Positions 1-12,056 of a stretch of 47,966 nt of DNA are shown here, one piece after another. Within the stretch, counting starts at the first letter, position 1. Each line of letters starts with the position of its first letter. The DNA is from Octopus bimaculoides (taxonomy: Eukaryota). The notes below the pieces were generated by a model, which ran no database searches, was not told the DNA's origin, and worked only from the letters and a program-made list of their open reading frames with translations. A program made the translations under genes and the position numbers. The stretch lies in assembly GCF_001194135.2 (NCBI RefSeq), contig NC_068998.1:34820816-34868781 (forward strand), given 5' to 3'.

Positions 1-45
<45 letters not shown>

Positions 46-271
46 GAGATTGAGAGAGTCACATGCTATTCTTTGTAATTTATTTTGCATTAGATACGAA
101 ATGTCTATTTTTGACATAGATACTGACACAACAGTATCAGCACTTAATGCAGAGTGATTGCCAAATACAAGCAAAAAAAAAAGATGACATTTCAATCTGT
201 TGAACCTTTTTGTTGCCATATTTCTGTCAGCATGCACTACCTTTGTTTCAATTAATTTCCAATGTAATCTT

Positions 272-675
272 TTATCTTTTCCTTGTTTCACCCATTAGAC
301 TGCAGTCATGCTGGGGTACCACCTTGAACTTTTAGTTGAATGAATCAATCAACTCCAGCAATTCTTCTTTTTTTAAGCCTGGTACTTATTCTATCAGTCT
401 GTTTTGCCAAACTGCTAAGTTATGGAGATGGAAACACACCAGCACCAGTTGTCAAGTGGGTGGGGGGAAAACAAACACAGACATAAAGACACACACACAC
501 ACATATATATATATGACAGGCTGCTTTCAGTTTCTATCTACCAAATCCACTCACAAGACTTTGATCAGCCCAACGCTATCATAGAAGATATTTCCCAAGG
601 TACTACGCAGTGGGACTGAACTTGGAATCATGTGGTTGGGAAGGAAGCTTCTTACCACACAGCCACACCTGCTCC
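272..675 (-). mobile_element. Composite tRNA-derived SINE (head module A + internal CA/TA microsatellite + tail module B)
   Basis: Reverse complement of the recurrent head (gtgtggtaagaagcttgcttcccaaccacatggttc...ccttgggcaagtgtcttc) and tail (cttgacaac...gatagaataagtac...cagcatg...cagtc) modules seen many times in this window. Confidence 0.85.
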
Positions 676-1099
676 TATAAGATTTTAGTAAAATAACTTT
701 GTCATTATTAAGTTGTATTTAGAACATGGAATTTTGATGGAAGTTCTTACTTTAGCTCACTTTAAAATAGAATTTGTGTCAAAAAGACAAGAGCAGTTTT
801 GGACAGGAAACACGGTTTGGGTCATGAGTTTTAAAATGTTAATACCATATGTATGTGTGTGTATACAATGAGAGTGAGACAAACAAAAAGAGAAAGCGAG
901 AGAAAGAGAAATAGATGTCTGTGCATGTATTTACAAGTGTGGGTATGTGCAACTTCCCATTGCATTGGTTTTCCCTGAAGTATAAGCAGTGTCACTCTGT
1001 AGATGATGTTCAATGTTTTCACTAGCTATGGAAACTTATCCAGCCACCTTGATATGATATCATAAATATATCCAGATGACTGGATATGAACTAAAACTT

Positions 1100-1560
1100 A
1101 GAACTTAACTCAAGTCTTATCTTTTGTGTTCTTAAACCAGTTCTGTGAGTGTTTCCTACAACTATGGCCCTAATTTGAAAAACATCATTTCATGAAAGCC
1201 AAACAAAGCACCCTCACCAAACTGCATTGTTAGGAATCCAAACACTTGCCCACTAGACCCATGGTTACCTAAGCCATTTACAAGACGATTTTACCAAAAT
1301 AAGAGAACTGAAAACAAAATCTATATTGGACTGTGTGAAAACAGCTTTGAATAGACATGCCAGTCACCACTCTTTTTTCAAACACAAAGCCAGTACGCCA
1401 TATCTGGAAACTGAAGAACACCATTAAATGGGGCATCATAGATAGATTCAAGTTAAACATTAACATGTTTGAAAAGTGCAATCTTTGTATAGCTGAAAGA
1501 ACACACATGCTTATTGAATGAAAGAATTGCACCAAATTTCTAAACTTGAGATCAAAAACT
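1100..1560 (+). mobile_element. Decayed Penelope-like element fragment, GIY-YIG endonuclease region
   Basis: Frameshifted translations NCIVRNPNTCPLD, AIYKT, KIYIGLCENSF, IWKLKNTIKWGII, KCNLCIAE match the PLE Cys-linker, GIY-YIG and C-terminal motifs. Confidence 0.75.
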
Positions 1561-1569
1561 TTTACAAGA

Positions 1570-1990
1570 TGTATGGACCCTGACAATTTTCTGTTATCGA
1601 ACTGGAAGAGACTCTCCTCTCACTAGATAAAGCAATCAAGTTGACATATTTTAGTCTTTCCTCCGTTTGACTATCCCCTCTAAGAATAGTTTTTTTTTAG
1701 ATGTAAACACTCAACGTTAATAATATTCTTTGTTTACTGGTTTAAATGCACATAACCATTATCCCTTCTTGCATTCAAACATTTCATAACATCTACTTCT
1801 TGCCTTTTCTTGCAATTTTTCTCTCATATTTTTCTCATATTACTTCAAGGAATAGCAATGACATTTGAGCCTGAACAATTGCCAGACCTTGTACAGTATG
1901 TTATACAAGCCCATCCAATTATTATACTATCCAAGCCAGAAACTTTAAATAGCTCACATATAGCTCCTTTATTCATTAAATGATATCTAT
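1570..1990 (-). mobile_element. Heavily decayed CR1-like LINE RT C-terminal fragment
   Basis: Minus-strand translations ITYCT/KVW and LRGDSQTEERLKYVNLIALSSERR resemble CR1 LEYCxQVW and GLxxLSYEERLxxLxLxSLxxRR. Confidence 0.5.
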
Positions 1991-2052
1991 CCCACAATGA
2001 ATTAAGTATTTCATTGATAAGTGTATTAACTAGCAAAAAATACTCTGAGTGT

Positions 2053-2053
2053 G

Positions 2054-2100
<47 letters not shown>

Positions 2101-2155
2101 GTGTATCTATCTATCAATATACATGTGTGTGTGTGTTTGTGTGTGTGTGTATGTG
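2053..2155. repeat. (CTAT)n and (TG)n microsatellites
   Basis: Direct reading. Confidence 0.95.
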
Positions 2156-2404
2156 TATGTATACATATTTTTTCGATATGTGTCTGTGTGTATGTGTATG
2201 CATATTTCGGTATATATATAAATTTTTTCTCTAAACGGATGGCGTTTAGAGAAAAAATTTGTAGTTTGAAATCAGTAGTTCTTTGACTGCTATTTCTAAA
2301 TTTTCAGTATGTTGGGGAAGCAACTCAAGCTAATCCCTGTATATTTATATATATATATATATACAAAGCTTCAAAATAAACAATGACTGAACTTGTACAT
2401 CCAA

Positions 2405-2700
2405 ATACTTAATATATGTTATCACTTGTTCAGGATGTAGGGAGAGGTGTATGGGACAATGGGAATGATGTTAAGACAAAGACAACACTACACAGAGAAA
2501 AAAATTGCTTCCCAAGATATAGACAAATACCACTCTGTGAATACATAGATACATGTGCTGAGAATTTTCAACCAAACTTTAAAATATTCCATTTATCTCA
2601 CTCCCATGGAACAGCAAGATAAGCAACAATGGATAAGTAAAGAGACTACATTCATTGAAAAGCATCAGCCACACCTAAAAATGAATGCATAATCAATTTT
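2405..2700 (+). mobile_element. Decayed Penelope-like GIY-YIG endonuclease fragment (second subfamily)
   Basis: Joined frames give LIYVITCSGCRE..G.MGMMLRQR/TTLHR...PRYRQIPLCEYIDTCAENFQPNFKIF...KETTFIEKHQPHL, the PLE endonuclease pattern. Confidence 0.75.
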
Positions 2701-3113
2701 GATTACAATTTTATTCAATCAATTAAGTCAATCCAGTTAACTCTATTTATATATAACCAATCTACATATAATTGATTCGTTTTGCCACCACAAAATGAAA
2801 ATTTACCTCTTCTGCTTCTAATAATAACAATCATTGATTACCTCCCAGAAAATTTATTTATTTACAAAATATCTGATCTCCTATCAACATCGAATAATGA
2901 CTAATTAACATAGCATGAAATTATAGCATCATTACAAATTACTTAATCATGCATAATGTATAACAGTGAAACCAGTTGATTATTTAAACATTTTATTTCA
3001 TGAATATTTTTTAGCATAAAAGTTTCAGTGCATTTTTTCTTCTAACTATAATTTACCAAGTGAAAATTTTCTTTAATGTTTCTGTATATATGCATGCATG
3101 CATATGTATTTCA

Positions 3114-3168
<55 letters not shown>

Positions 3169-3637
3169 TATATCATTCAACCACGGTAGTGATTGAATAT
3201 ATTCTTAAGGTCACCATTTCGTCAATTGCAGCAGCTTCCAAGCTTCACCACTAATTCAGTTCTCAACTAAATTGCAAACTCTTAATAATTTTAAAGAGGA
3301 CACCTCTTCAGCTGCACTTTGGCTTAAATATTTTGAGATTTGGTTCAGTACAAAAGAAGTTACATCAAAATATCTGCATCCTCAAGGGGGGGGGGCAGTA
3401 AGGTATTCATCTTCAAGTAACATAATTTTTCTTAATTTTAAATTAAAAGTATACCTTTCTTAGACTTAAATGATAGAAAAATGCATGAGGAATTCAGAAT
3501 CGCTAGTCGCATTGAACAAAAATTAGTAGAAAAACTGTTATGAGGTAAAATGTTATGAAATTTCAAGTAAGAGAGTAATGCTTAAGCAATAAGAATAAAG
3601 AAAATATTTCTAAAATGAATGCTTACTTTGTAAGGCA

Positions 3638-3737
3638 ATGAGCTGGTAGAAATATTAGCGTGCCGAGTGAAATGCTTAACGGTATTTCGTCTGTCTTTAT
3701 GTTTTTGAGTTCAAATTTCGCCGAGGTCAACTTTGAT
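3638..3737 (+). mobile_element. 5' head of tRNA-derived SINE family C
   Basis: gagctggtagaaatattagc (A-box-like) ... gagttcaaatttcgccgaggtcaacttt (B-box-like). Confidence 0.75.
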
Positions 3738-4800
3738 GTACAGATTATTTAATTAATTTTTTTTAACTAAACACTTTCAAATTTCCGATACTGGTAGAAT
3801 GTCACTTAGAACAGGGTTTACTCTTAACATTTTTGACAAAATTTTGTATTTTAGAAGTTATTTTGTCAGAAGTTACAGAGTGACAATGGACAAATTCATG
3901 TTTGATAAATGCCAATGCATGAAACTCTCATCTTTTGACTTACTCTCTAACTTCTGCCAATGATATATATACATGTTACATATATATGTTAAAAAATCTC
4001 ATCACGCAATCGAACCAATGAAAGAGCCTCTACCTCGTCATTAGACACACTAAAAATAGCAGCCAAAGTATCCCTCTACCTAAATCACATGCCCATTGTA
4101 TGTAATATCCTATATTATCCCTAAAAAGACAGTTTGCTGAAGGCTGGAATGTCTTTGATGATATGTTCGTAGTATCAGGGTTTATTTGAGGCTAAATAAC
4201 AACATTATGGTCAATTTCTATATTAACACCCACACGATTTTCGCTAAGAAAAAAAAATTTGATTTTTTTGCGTGGAATCAAATACCTTGACCTCCTAATA
4301 TGCTGGGAATCCATTATTTTAGTTTGGAAAAAATGAGGTGGTGGGGTTCCCCCATCAATCCTGGAATCATTGGAAATTTTTTTTTCTTTGTTGTATGAAT
4401 TCCTGTGACCTTCTAATAATCCAAAATTAGATTACTTAAGGTGAGCCTGGTAACTGGTGGTTTTGGGGTCTTGTTGTTTGTAACTTTTGGTGAGCCATGG
4501 TACAACCAACAACATGGTAAAAATTCCTGCCATTAATTTGGTGTGGATAGGTAATATCAAGTAATTCAATCACCACATATATTTAAATTAAACACGAAAA
4601 AAATGAAATATTATTATCACTTTCATGGAAACATTGAAATATTATCTTTCAGTATTTTATAAGGTAAAATCTTAAATTATTGACACATTATTAATTATCT
4701 TATAACAGCAATGCCTGAAAAAATCATGGATTACATGAAAAAATGCAAGCATGAAAAGTCGTATTCTTAAGATTATAAACCTGGAAAAATACAGGACAAT

Positions 4801-5165
4801 TTATTACACCTGTAAAAGTATAGGACAAGCTATTACTTCCAGTAAAGTAAAGAATAAGAAACTTTTACTTAAAATGTTGCAGCTAAAATTAAAACTTGAA
4901 TATTAAAACTTATTGTATTATAGTTTACAAATAGCACTATACTTATTTAAGTAGAATTAACAACCTTAAATACAGAAAAAAGTGACTAATTAGACAAACT
5001 TACAAATTAGCTGAACAGCTTTGTACAATAAATTTAAAAGATGAGAATTGTTAAGAGTGATAAATTAAAAGAACTGGCATTTTTTGCAGCAATATTTTAA
5101 GTAAAAAGTTTCTTATTCTTTACTAGAAATAATAGCTTGTCCTATACTTTTACAAGTGTTATTAT
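4801..5165. mobile_element. MITE-like element with about 80-bp terminal inverted repeats
   Basis: 4801-4883 is the reverse complement of 5086-5165 (core taaaagtataggacaagctatta / taatagcttgtcctatactttta); non-coding AT-rich interior; TSD unclear. Confidence 0.7.
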
Positions 5166-5521
5166 CAATGTCCAGCAACTGCCAGTAGAATTTTCAGAAA
5201 TCAGTTAATTCCGACCTAAATTTATATTTAAAAGTGAAATAGCTTTTGAATTGTATGTAAATGAATTTGCTCCACTTAACAGATTTTCTTGTATTATTTA
5301 TATAAAATAACATAATATTCCTTTTCCTTTGATAATAAGTTTCATATTGTAAAACAACTTTATATCTGTAAGGATTCTTGAACAAATCTATACGTTGGAT
5401 TACAAACTACTTGATAATTCTTGATATCCTTGATATTCCTTCTATTGATTTGTTTGTTTTTAATCTCCTGATTGTGATAGTGTGTGTGTGTGTGTTATTG
5501 AATACATACACATTGTGTTTG

Positions 5522-5567
<46 letters not shown>

Positions 5568-5849
5568 ATGTAGCATATTTTGTTTCATACTTGATGCAGA
5601 CATATTGCAGAATGTCTGAAAATTATGGTATTCCTCTATAGAAAGCATCTCATAAGGTGTATTGTGTTAAAAAAAACAGAAAAGTGTCTCATAGCAAGGG
5701 CAAAATTGTTAACTACACTTTTCTGCTTCTTTGATCATCATCATCAGTAGCAAGCATCCACTAGAAATCACATGCTAAAACAAAGTCTAGCCTCCACTGA
5801 AATAGAAAAGCAGTGATTGACAACTCAACAAGCAGGCTGAATAGAAATT

Positions 5850-6361
5850 TATTATTAGTGACAAAAGCAGTATAGTTCAAAATAGCCTTTTTAATATCAT
5901 GCTTACTGCAGATGTATTGTAGAAAGGCTAGAAAGAGAGATATAGCTGACATCCATACTAGATACTTTCTTAAGACAGATACTACAGATTCCAGGCTTTC
6001 TACAGTATATCTGCATTAAGTATGATATACAGAATGCTATTTTGAACTAATACTGCATCGGTTGCTAGTAACAAAATTTTATTCAGTCTGCTCACACCAG
6101 TGATTTGTTGATTATTGTTTTTATTTTTTTCTTATTGATGGGCATTTACAGATTATGATCAAGGAAGCAGAAATGCATAATTACCACTGCTAAGCACTTT
6201 TCACCTGCTCTTGACATATCCCTGTGATTTTTAAAGCTATATGTGTATATGAGATGCTTTCTCAAGACAAATACTGTTGTATCTATGTTTTCTACAATAT
6301 ATCTGCATTAAGTAGAGCATACAAAGTGCTATTTTGAACCAATTCTACTTCCATTGCTAAT

Positions 6362-6367
<6 letters not shown>
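5850..6367. repeat. Three diverged copies of an 80-115-bp motif (one inverted, two direct)
   Basis: tttctacaRtaYatctgca.taag.a...tat.....gctattttgaac at 5850-5930 (-), 5962-6076 (+) and 6254-6367 (+). Confidence 0.7.

Positions 6368-6432
<65 letters not shown>
6367..6432. repeat. (TA)n microsatellite
   Basis: Direct reading. Confidence 0.95.
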
Positions 6433-6443
<11 letters not shown>

Positions 6444-6484
6444 TGTGTGTGTTTGTATGTATAAATATATGTATATATAAGTAT

Positions 6485-6850
6485 CTTTAATCGTTTACTT
6501 GTTTTGATCATTGGACAGTAACCGTGCTGGGACACTGACTTGAAGGGTTTAGTCAAACAAATCAATCCCATTACTTATTTTCAAGTTCATTATTTCTCTT
6601 ATTACTCCCTTTTTGCAGAACTGTTAAAGTATAAGGACATAAACAAACCAACACTGATTTTCAATTGGCACACATATTCAAAAGCACACATACATACAAA
6701 CGTGTGTATGTGTGTGAGACAGGCTACCACAGAGTTTACATCGATCAAATTCACTCACAAAGCATTAATTGGCCCAAGACTACAGTAGAAGACACTTGCT
6801 CAAGGTTCATGCAATGTGAATGAATCCCAAATCAATGGTTGCAAAGTAAG
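6485..6850 (-). mobile_element. Composite SINE (A+B modules), diverged
   Basis: Same module order as 272-675. Confidence 0.75.
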
Positions 6851-7025
6851 ATCATACCAGGGACCTTCAGATGTATATATAATATATATACATATATACA
6901 TTAACATTTTGAAGATGATTTTTCTATGTGTATACTGGAGGCGAAAAATGGATGTAACCATGACATTCTATTGATCTGAAGAATTAGCCTTCTAAATCTG
7001 CATTCGTTTGTAAAATGTATGACAG

Positions 7026-7822
7026 TGCTATACAATTTATAGCATGCATATCACTGCAGTCATGTAAAATAATTTATTATACACTAAAATAAATTAATTT
7101 TGCATGATTTTGACTGCAAAATGGCCATCATGGATATCAACTGATGAAATAAATGTATTCATCCCATATCTCCTGACTTTCTTTATATTCTGTATGTATA
7201 CATGTACACATACATGTACATATATATATATATAATAATACAAAGAATATATATACATGTATACACACATATATGTACATACTTACATCTACATGTGTAT
7301 ATACATGCATATCAGGGTACAGGACGTTAGAACAATAAACTACAGACAATGGAACGAACACATAGGAAAACGGAAAGCCACTTGGAATATCCCTTCATCA
7401 GCTGTCTCTATTCTATCTAGACGTTTTGAAGACATATATATATATATATATATAAGTAAAAATTTAATGCCCAATGTACGAATTTACATAATTACCAGTG
7501 TTAAGTGGTAATCACAAAAATCTCCTTTAGTGGACAAGGCTACAAACCACACAATAAACCAATGTGTAGGAGTGTAATGTAGAGCCCTATGCAGTTGAAA
7601 TTCAGTAAATCCAATCACTGAAGATTATACCATGAGGATTATATAGAATATAAAATATAAAGAAAGCAAGGAGTTATGAGATGAATACATTTATTTCACC
7701 AGTTGATATCCATAGGATGATGACCAATTTCACAGCCAACATCATGCAAAAATAATCTATTTTAGTGTATAATAAATTATTTTACATGTCTGCACTAGTG
7801 TGTATGCTATAAATTTATAGCA
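7026..7822. repeat. Foldback structure with about 165-bp inverted arms ending in short palindromes
   Basis: 7026-7190 is the reverse complement of about 7654-7822; tgctataaatttatagca (7805-7822) is a perfect palindrome and 7026-7044 is its near copy. Confidence 0.8.
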
Positions 7823-8162
7823 TTGAACAGGGCCTTTGGCTTAATTCAAATGACCATGTAATCTTATGGATTATTATGTGTTTGATGAGGTTGAGAAAAA
7901 CACCAACCATTCTGCCTGCCTCACCAAGGCTGAGGTGGTGGCTAAGATCAAGGAGGTGTTTGAAGATCTTTCTAGGGACACAGTGAGGAATGCATATGTC
8001 AGGTTCCAGAGACATCTTAAGGTTGTGGTGAAAGCTGAGAGTGACTACTTTGGAGTAGTGTTATTTCCCAGCCATAATATAGATATTTTTTTATATTTTT
8101 TTAGAATACTTTTATTTTTGGATGGGATATTATGTTTTCTTTGACTTTTATGCATCCTGTGT
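7823..8162 (+). mobile_element. Tc1/mariner transposase 3' fragment with terminal repeat
   Basis: CNLMDYYVFDEVEKNTNHS...KIKEVF...VRFQRHLKVVVKAESDYF matches the SPDLNPLDYYVW...RFRxRLEAVVEAEGG C-terminus; ends atgcatcctgt. Confidence 0.8.
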
Positions 8163-8209
8163 ATATATGTATATACATGTATAAATATATATATATGTAC
8201 ATGTATAAG

Positions 8210-8386
8210 AACAGGCATGGTTGTGTGGTAAGAAACTTGCTTCCCAACCACATGGTTCCAGGTTCAGTCCCAATGCATGACACCTTGGGCAAGTATCTTT
8301 TACTATAGCGTTGGGCTGACCAAAGCCATGCAAGTGGATTTGGTAGATGGAAACTGAAAGAAGCCCATTGAGTATGTGCGCACGCG

Positions 8387-8433
<47 letters not shown>

Positions 8434-8665
8434 ATATATATATATATATGAGAAGGAATGTCTTTGTGTCTGCGTTTGTCCCCTACCACCGCTTGACAAC
8501 CAGTGTTAGTGTGTTTATATCACCATAACTTAATGGTACAGCAAATTAGACCAATAGAATAAGTACTAGGCTTAAAAAATAAGTCCTTGGATCAATTTGT
8601 TTGACTAAAATGCTCTTCACAGTTGTGGTCCAGCATGCCACAGAGGAAATGACTGAAACAAGTCA
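8210..8665 (+). mobile_element. Composite SINE (A + TG/TA microsatellite + B)
   Basis: gtgtggtaagaaacttgcttcccaaccacatggttccaggttcagtccc...accttgggcaagt; tail cttgacaacc...agaataagtactaggc. Confidence 0.88.
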
Positions 8666-9972
8666 AAATGACTGAAACTTGTTACCAGTTGAAGTATATT
8701 TGAACCTGTAAGAAAGCCATTCACAATATCTTTGTCGTAGAGAAAATTTCTCACTGTAGACAAATAAGTATAAACACATCAAGTTAGCTGAGAGCGCCTC
8801 CTAGCTAAATTGATGAATGCATGTATTTTGGAGTGGTTATCTCCACTTCAACAGCAAATACCAAGAAGAGAAATAGTATGAAATAGGTAGTTCTTGTCAT
8901 ATTACTGCCATTGTACTACAAGCAGTTACACTGTAAATAAAATGCAGAATAGATGTGCTAAGCAATGATGTGTATAAATACAAGGTTATTTCCAGTTCAA
9001 ATATGCTTGAAGCATATTTGAGCAAGTAAGAAAGCCATTCACTATATTTAGTCATTGAGAAAATTTCACGCCGTAGACAGAGTCAGTTCAAAGCACCCCA
9101 TAACCAGACTGCATGCATTTCGAAGTTATTATCTCCTCACACTTGGAACAGACTTGAACTGTGTCACAAGTTTGTCTCATCAATGTTGCCTTCAACAACA
9201 ATAGCAATATAATTAATCAAAAGTTGATATCCGATAAATGTTCAATCATCCTGAACAACTTAACTGCAGTAATAGCTCATCTCCTTCAAAAATCTCATTT
9301 TCTATCTCCTTTTTTTCTCTTCATTTTTATTTCCCTACCCTTCTGCCTTTCTCTCTTGGGCTCCCTATATTTCACTTATCTCTCTCTCTTCCTTTTCTCT
9401 TCCTTTCTCATTGTATTTATTTATTTGAAAACATGCATTCTAGGAACAATAACATCATTAGTAATAAGTTTCCAATGAGGCAATCATAAATGGTTCCCTA
9501 TGTTCTTGATGGTGAGTGTAACAAAGATGTGCCTGTGTAGCTTGAGTAGAATAAATACAAGTTATTTCTGTTTAATGCTCTGGTTTATCAACAACTTTTT
9601 TGTTTCACTGATATATACATAAATACAAAACCAGTTTCCACACAGTTTCCATCAACCAAATTTTTTCTCAGAAAACCAAGATGAAGTCAATTCTGCGGTA
9701 CTTTCACAAGGTACCCCATGCACAGTTGTAGAGTACCTGGAACTACATAATCACAAAGTGAATTTCTTAACCACACAGCCACATCTCTGTTTTCTTACCT
9801 TTTTTCTTTTCTCCTTATCTTTCCTGCTTGTTTTTCTCCCATGATAAGTATAACAGAAAATAATGATATGGATTATGGCAGCAATAGTGAATACAAGCAA
9901 TGATAATGATAATAACAACCATAAAAACAATAATGAGGATAATAATCAAGTAATATTTATTTCTGTTAAATC

Positions 9973-9974
<2 letters not shown>

Positions 9975-10006
<32 letters not shown>

Positions 10007-10221
10007 GTTTAACGTCCGCTTTCCATGCTAGCATGGGTTGGACGATTCGACTGAGGACTGGTGAAACCGGATGGCAACACCAGGCTCCAATCTAATTTGG
10101 CAGAGTTTCTACAGCTGGATGCCCTTCCTAACGCCAACCACTCAGAGAGTGTAGTGGGTGCTTTTACGTGTCACCCGCACGACGTGTCACCCGCACGACG
10201 TGTCACCCGCACGACGTGTCA
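9975..10221 (-). mobile_element. RTE LINE 3' tail fragment with (ATG)n terminus
   Basis: Reverse complement of 37920-38080 (gggcatccagctgtagaaactctgcc...catgctagcatggaaagc.gacgttaaa.gatgatg). Confidence 0.85.
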
Positions 10222-11006
10222 ATTTTGTTAAATATACGATGATGTGTGGGGGGGGGTGCATGTATGTGTATGTGTGTGTGTGTATGAATGTATGTTTGTG
10301 TTTCATTTTCTTTTGTAAAAATGTTTTTTCAAGTATTGATTATCAAGTAAAAATGTAATATACTCATCAAAATAAGATCTGATAATGTACTTGACTCCTT
10401 ATGAATGTAATTTATTCACAGGAATCTTCTACAAGTTCCTTAACAATGCAATATTGAGATAGAAGGAACACTGAGTATTTTATCTTGATTAAAATCTTAA
10501 TCTTGAATTAATCATTTCAAACTGTTCAGTTCAAAACTAGTACATTTTAAAGTTGAGATAAATACTAAATAAATTATTTGTTTTTTGTTTTTCTTTGAGC
10601 TTTTTTGTTATAAAATGATATTTATCATCCTTCAGTGTTTGTAGAAAAATATACAAGAAAAATTATGTTTTAGCTGTTGAAGAATTTATAATCCAACTAA
10701 TTTTCTAGGAAAAATTACAATAAAGATATCTTAATTATATTATTAGGATATCACATATAATAAAATTTACTAGATGTTATACTTAGGTAAAAAATTTTTT
10801 CTTTTTCTACAACATTCATCTTTACTATTTTCTCTTATCTGAAGCCAAACAATGTCATAAAATTCTATGACATTGTATACACAGTATACTTCATCTTGTA
10901 ATCTTGTCTTAGAGGCTTGTTCATTTAACTCTTAACTCTTTAAAGAGTATCTGTACGTTTAGTCTATTGCTAAATATTATGTTCTATTGGTTTATTTATA
11001 ATTTGA

Positions 11007-11212
11007 GCGGAGGAAGACGGCAAGCTGCCAAAATCATTAAAGTGTCAAACAAATACCTTTGCAGTATTTCTGTCAGGTCAACTTTGCCGTTCAACCCTCC
11101 AGGGTCAATTAAGATATTTTAGCAGTCAAGTACTGAAGTCAATGTAATTGACTAACTCTTCCCCTTTAAAATTGCTGGTCTTGTGTCTAAATTAGAAACA
11201 ATTATTTAGTCA
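11007..11212 (+). mobile_element. SINE family C copy
   Basis: ggtcaactttgcc.ttca.ccctcc.gggtc core and tail shared with 3638-3737 and 15520-15630. Confidence 0.65.
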
Positions 11213-11427
11213 GAGGAAGAGATAGTACTCAAGTGTTTGGAGACAATCTTGCCCAGCCCCAGACTGTAGACTGATATCTGATGGAAAATGGATAGAGAGA
11301 GGGCAATTTCCAGATAGTTGTGCAGTTCTGTGGAGAAAGGGTTGAGAAAAGTGTTTAGTGCAGCATTTGGAGGAGAGATCTTTTTTTAACTCTTTAGCAT
11401 TCAGATTACTCTGTCAAATGTATACCT

Positions 11428-11550
11428 TTTGGTGTTAAGGAAGGAATCCAGTCATAGAAGCCATGCCAAAAGAGACATGGAGTCTGAACAGCCCTTCAGT
11501 TGGTCAGCATGGAAAATGGACGTTAAATGATGATGATTGTGATGATGATA
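11428..11550 (+). mobile_element. RTE tail fragment nested in the piggyBac MITE
   Basis: ggtgttaaggaaggaatccag...cagcatggaaaatggacgttaaatgatgatg. Confidence 0.7.
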
Positions 11551-11707
11551 GTTTGAATTCAGCAACATTATCTTGTAACTTTGAAATTTCAATGATGTGA
11601 TTTTTATTTTTAGAATGACATTGTAGGGTAGGAGGGAAAAACCAGATCTCAGCTGGTTTGAACATAAAACAGGTAGAAAATTTGGATCAGATGTGGTCTG
11701 TTTAAAT

Positions 11708-12056
11708 CAAAAGTTCTCAATTGGGGTCCATATGGCCCCTGAGGATCCATATAAGATTTCTGGGGGTCTACACTACAAAATAATAAATTGTGAATCCACA
11801 TTACTTTTTTGAGGGCTTCTGAAAAAATTTTGCTTTAGATGTATGTTTTGGGATATACTGCAAGAAACAGCAAAGTTTCTTTCTTTAAATTTAAATAGTT
11901 CAGCCTACATAAATTATTGTGCGAAAGACAAAATAGGAATTTTGAAAAAAGTATCTATAAAATTAGTTTTTAAACATTGAATGGCTATGGGGCTCTGCCA
12001 GAATAAAATGGTAAACAAAGGGGTCCATAGGTTTAAAAAATGGTTTAGAACCCCTG
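11708..12056. mobile_element. hAT (Charlie/MER5-like) MITE with 8-bp TSD GTTTAAAT
   Basis: TSD at 11700-11707 and 12057-12064; imperfect TIRs caaaagttctcaa / tttagaacccctg. Confidence 0.8.

Noticed and set aside
1850-1896. Apparent + strand exon (pyrimidine tract-AG ... GTATGT) encoding IAMTFEPEQLPDLVQ
   Set aside because: Better explained as the antisense of a decayed CR1 RT (purine-rich sense strand); no compatible partner exons found
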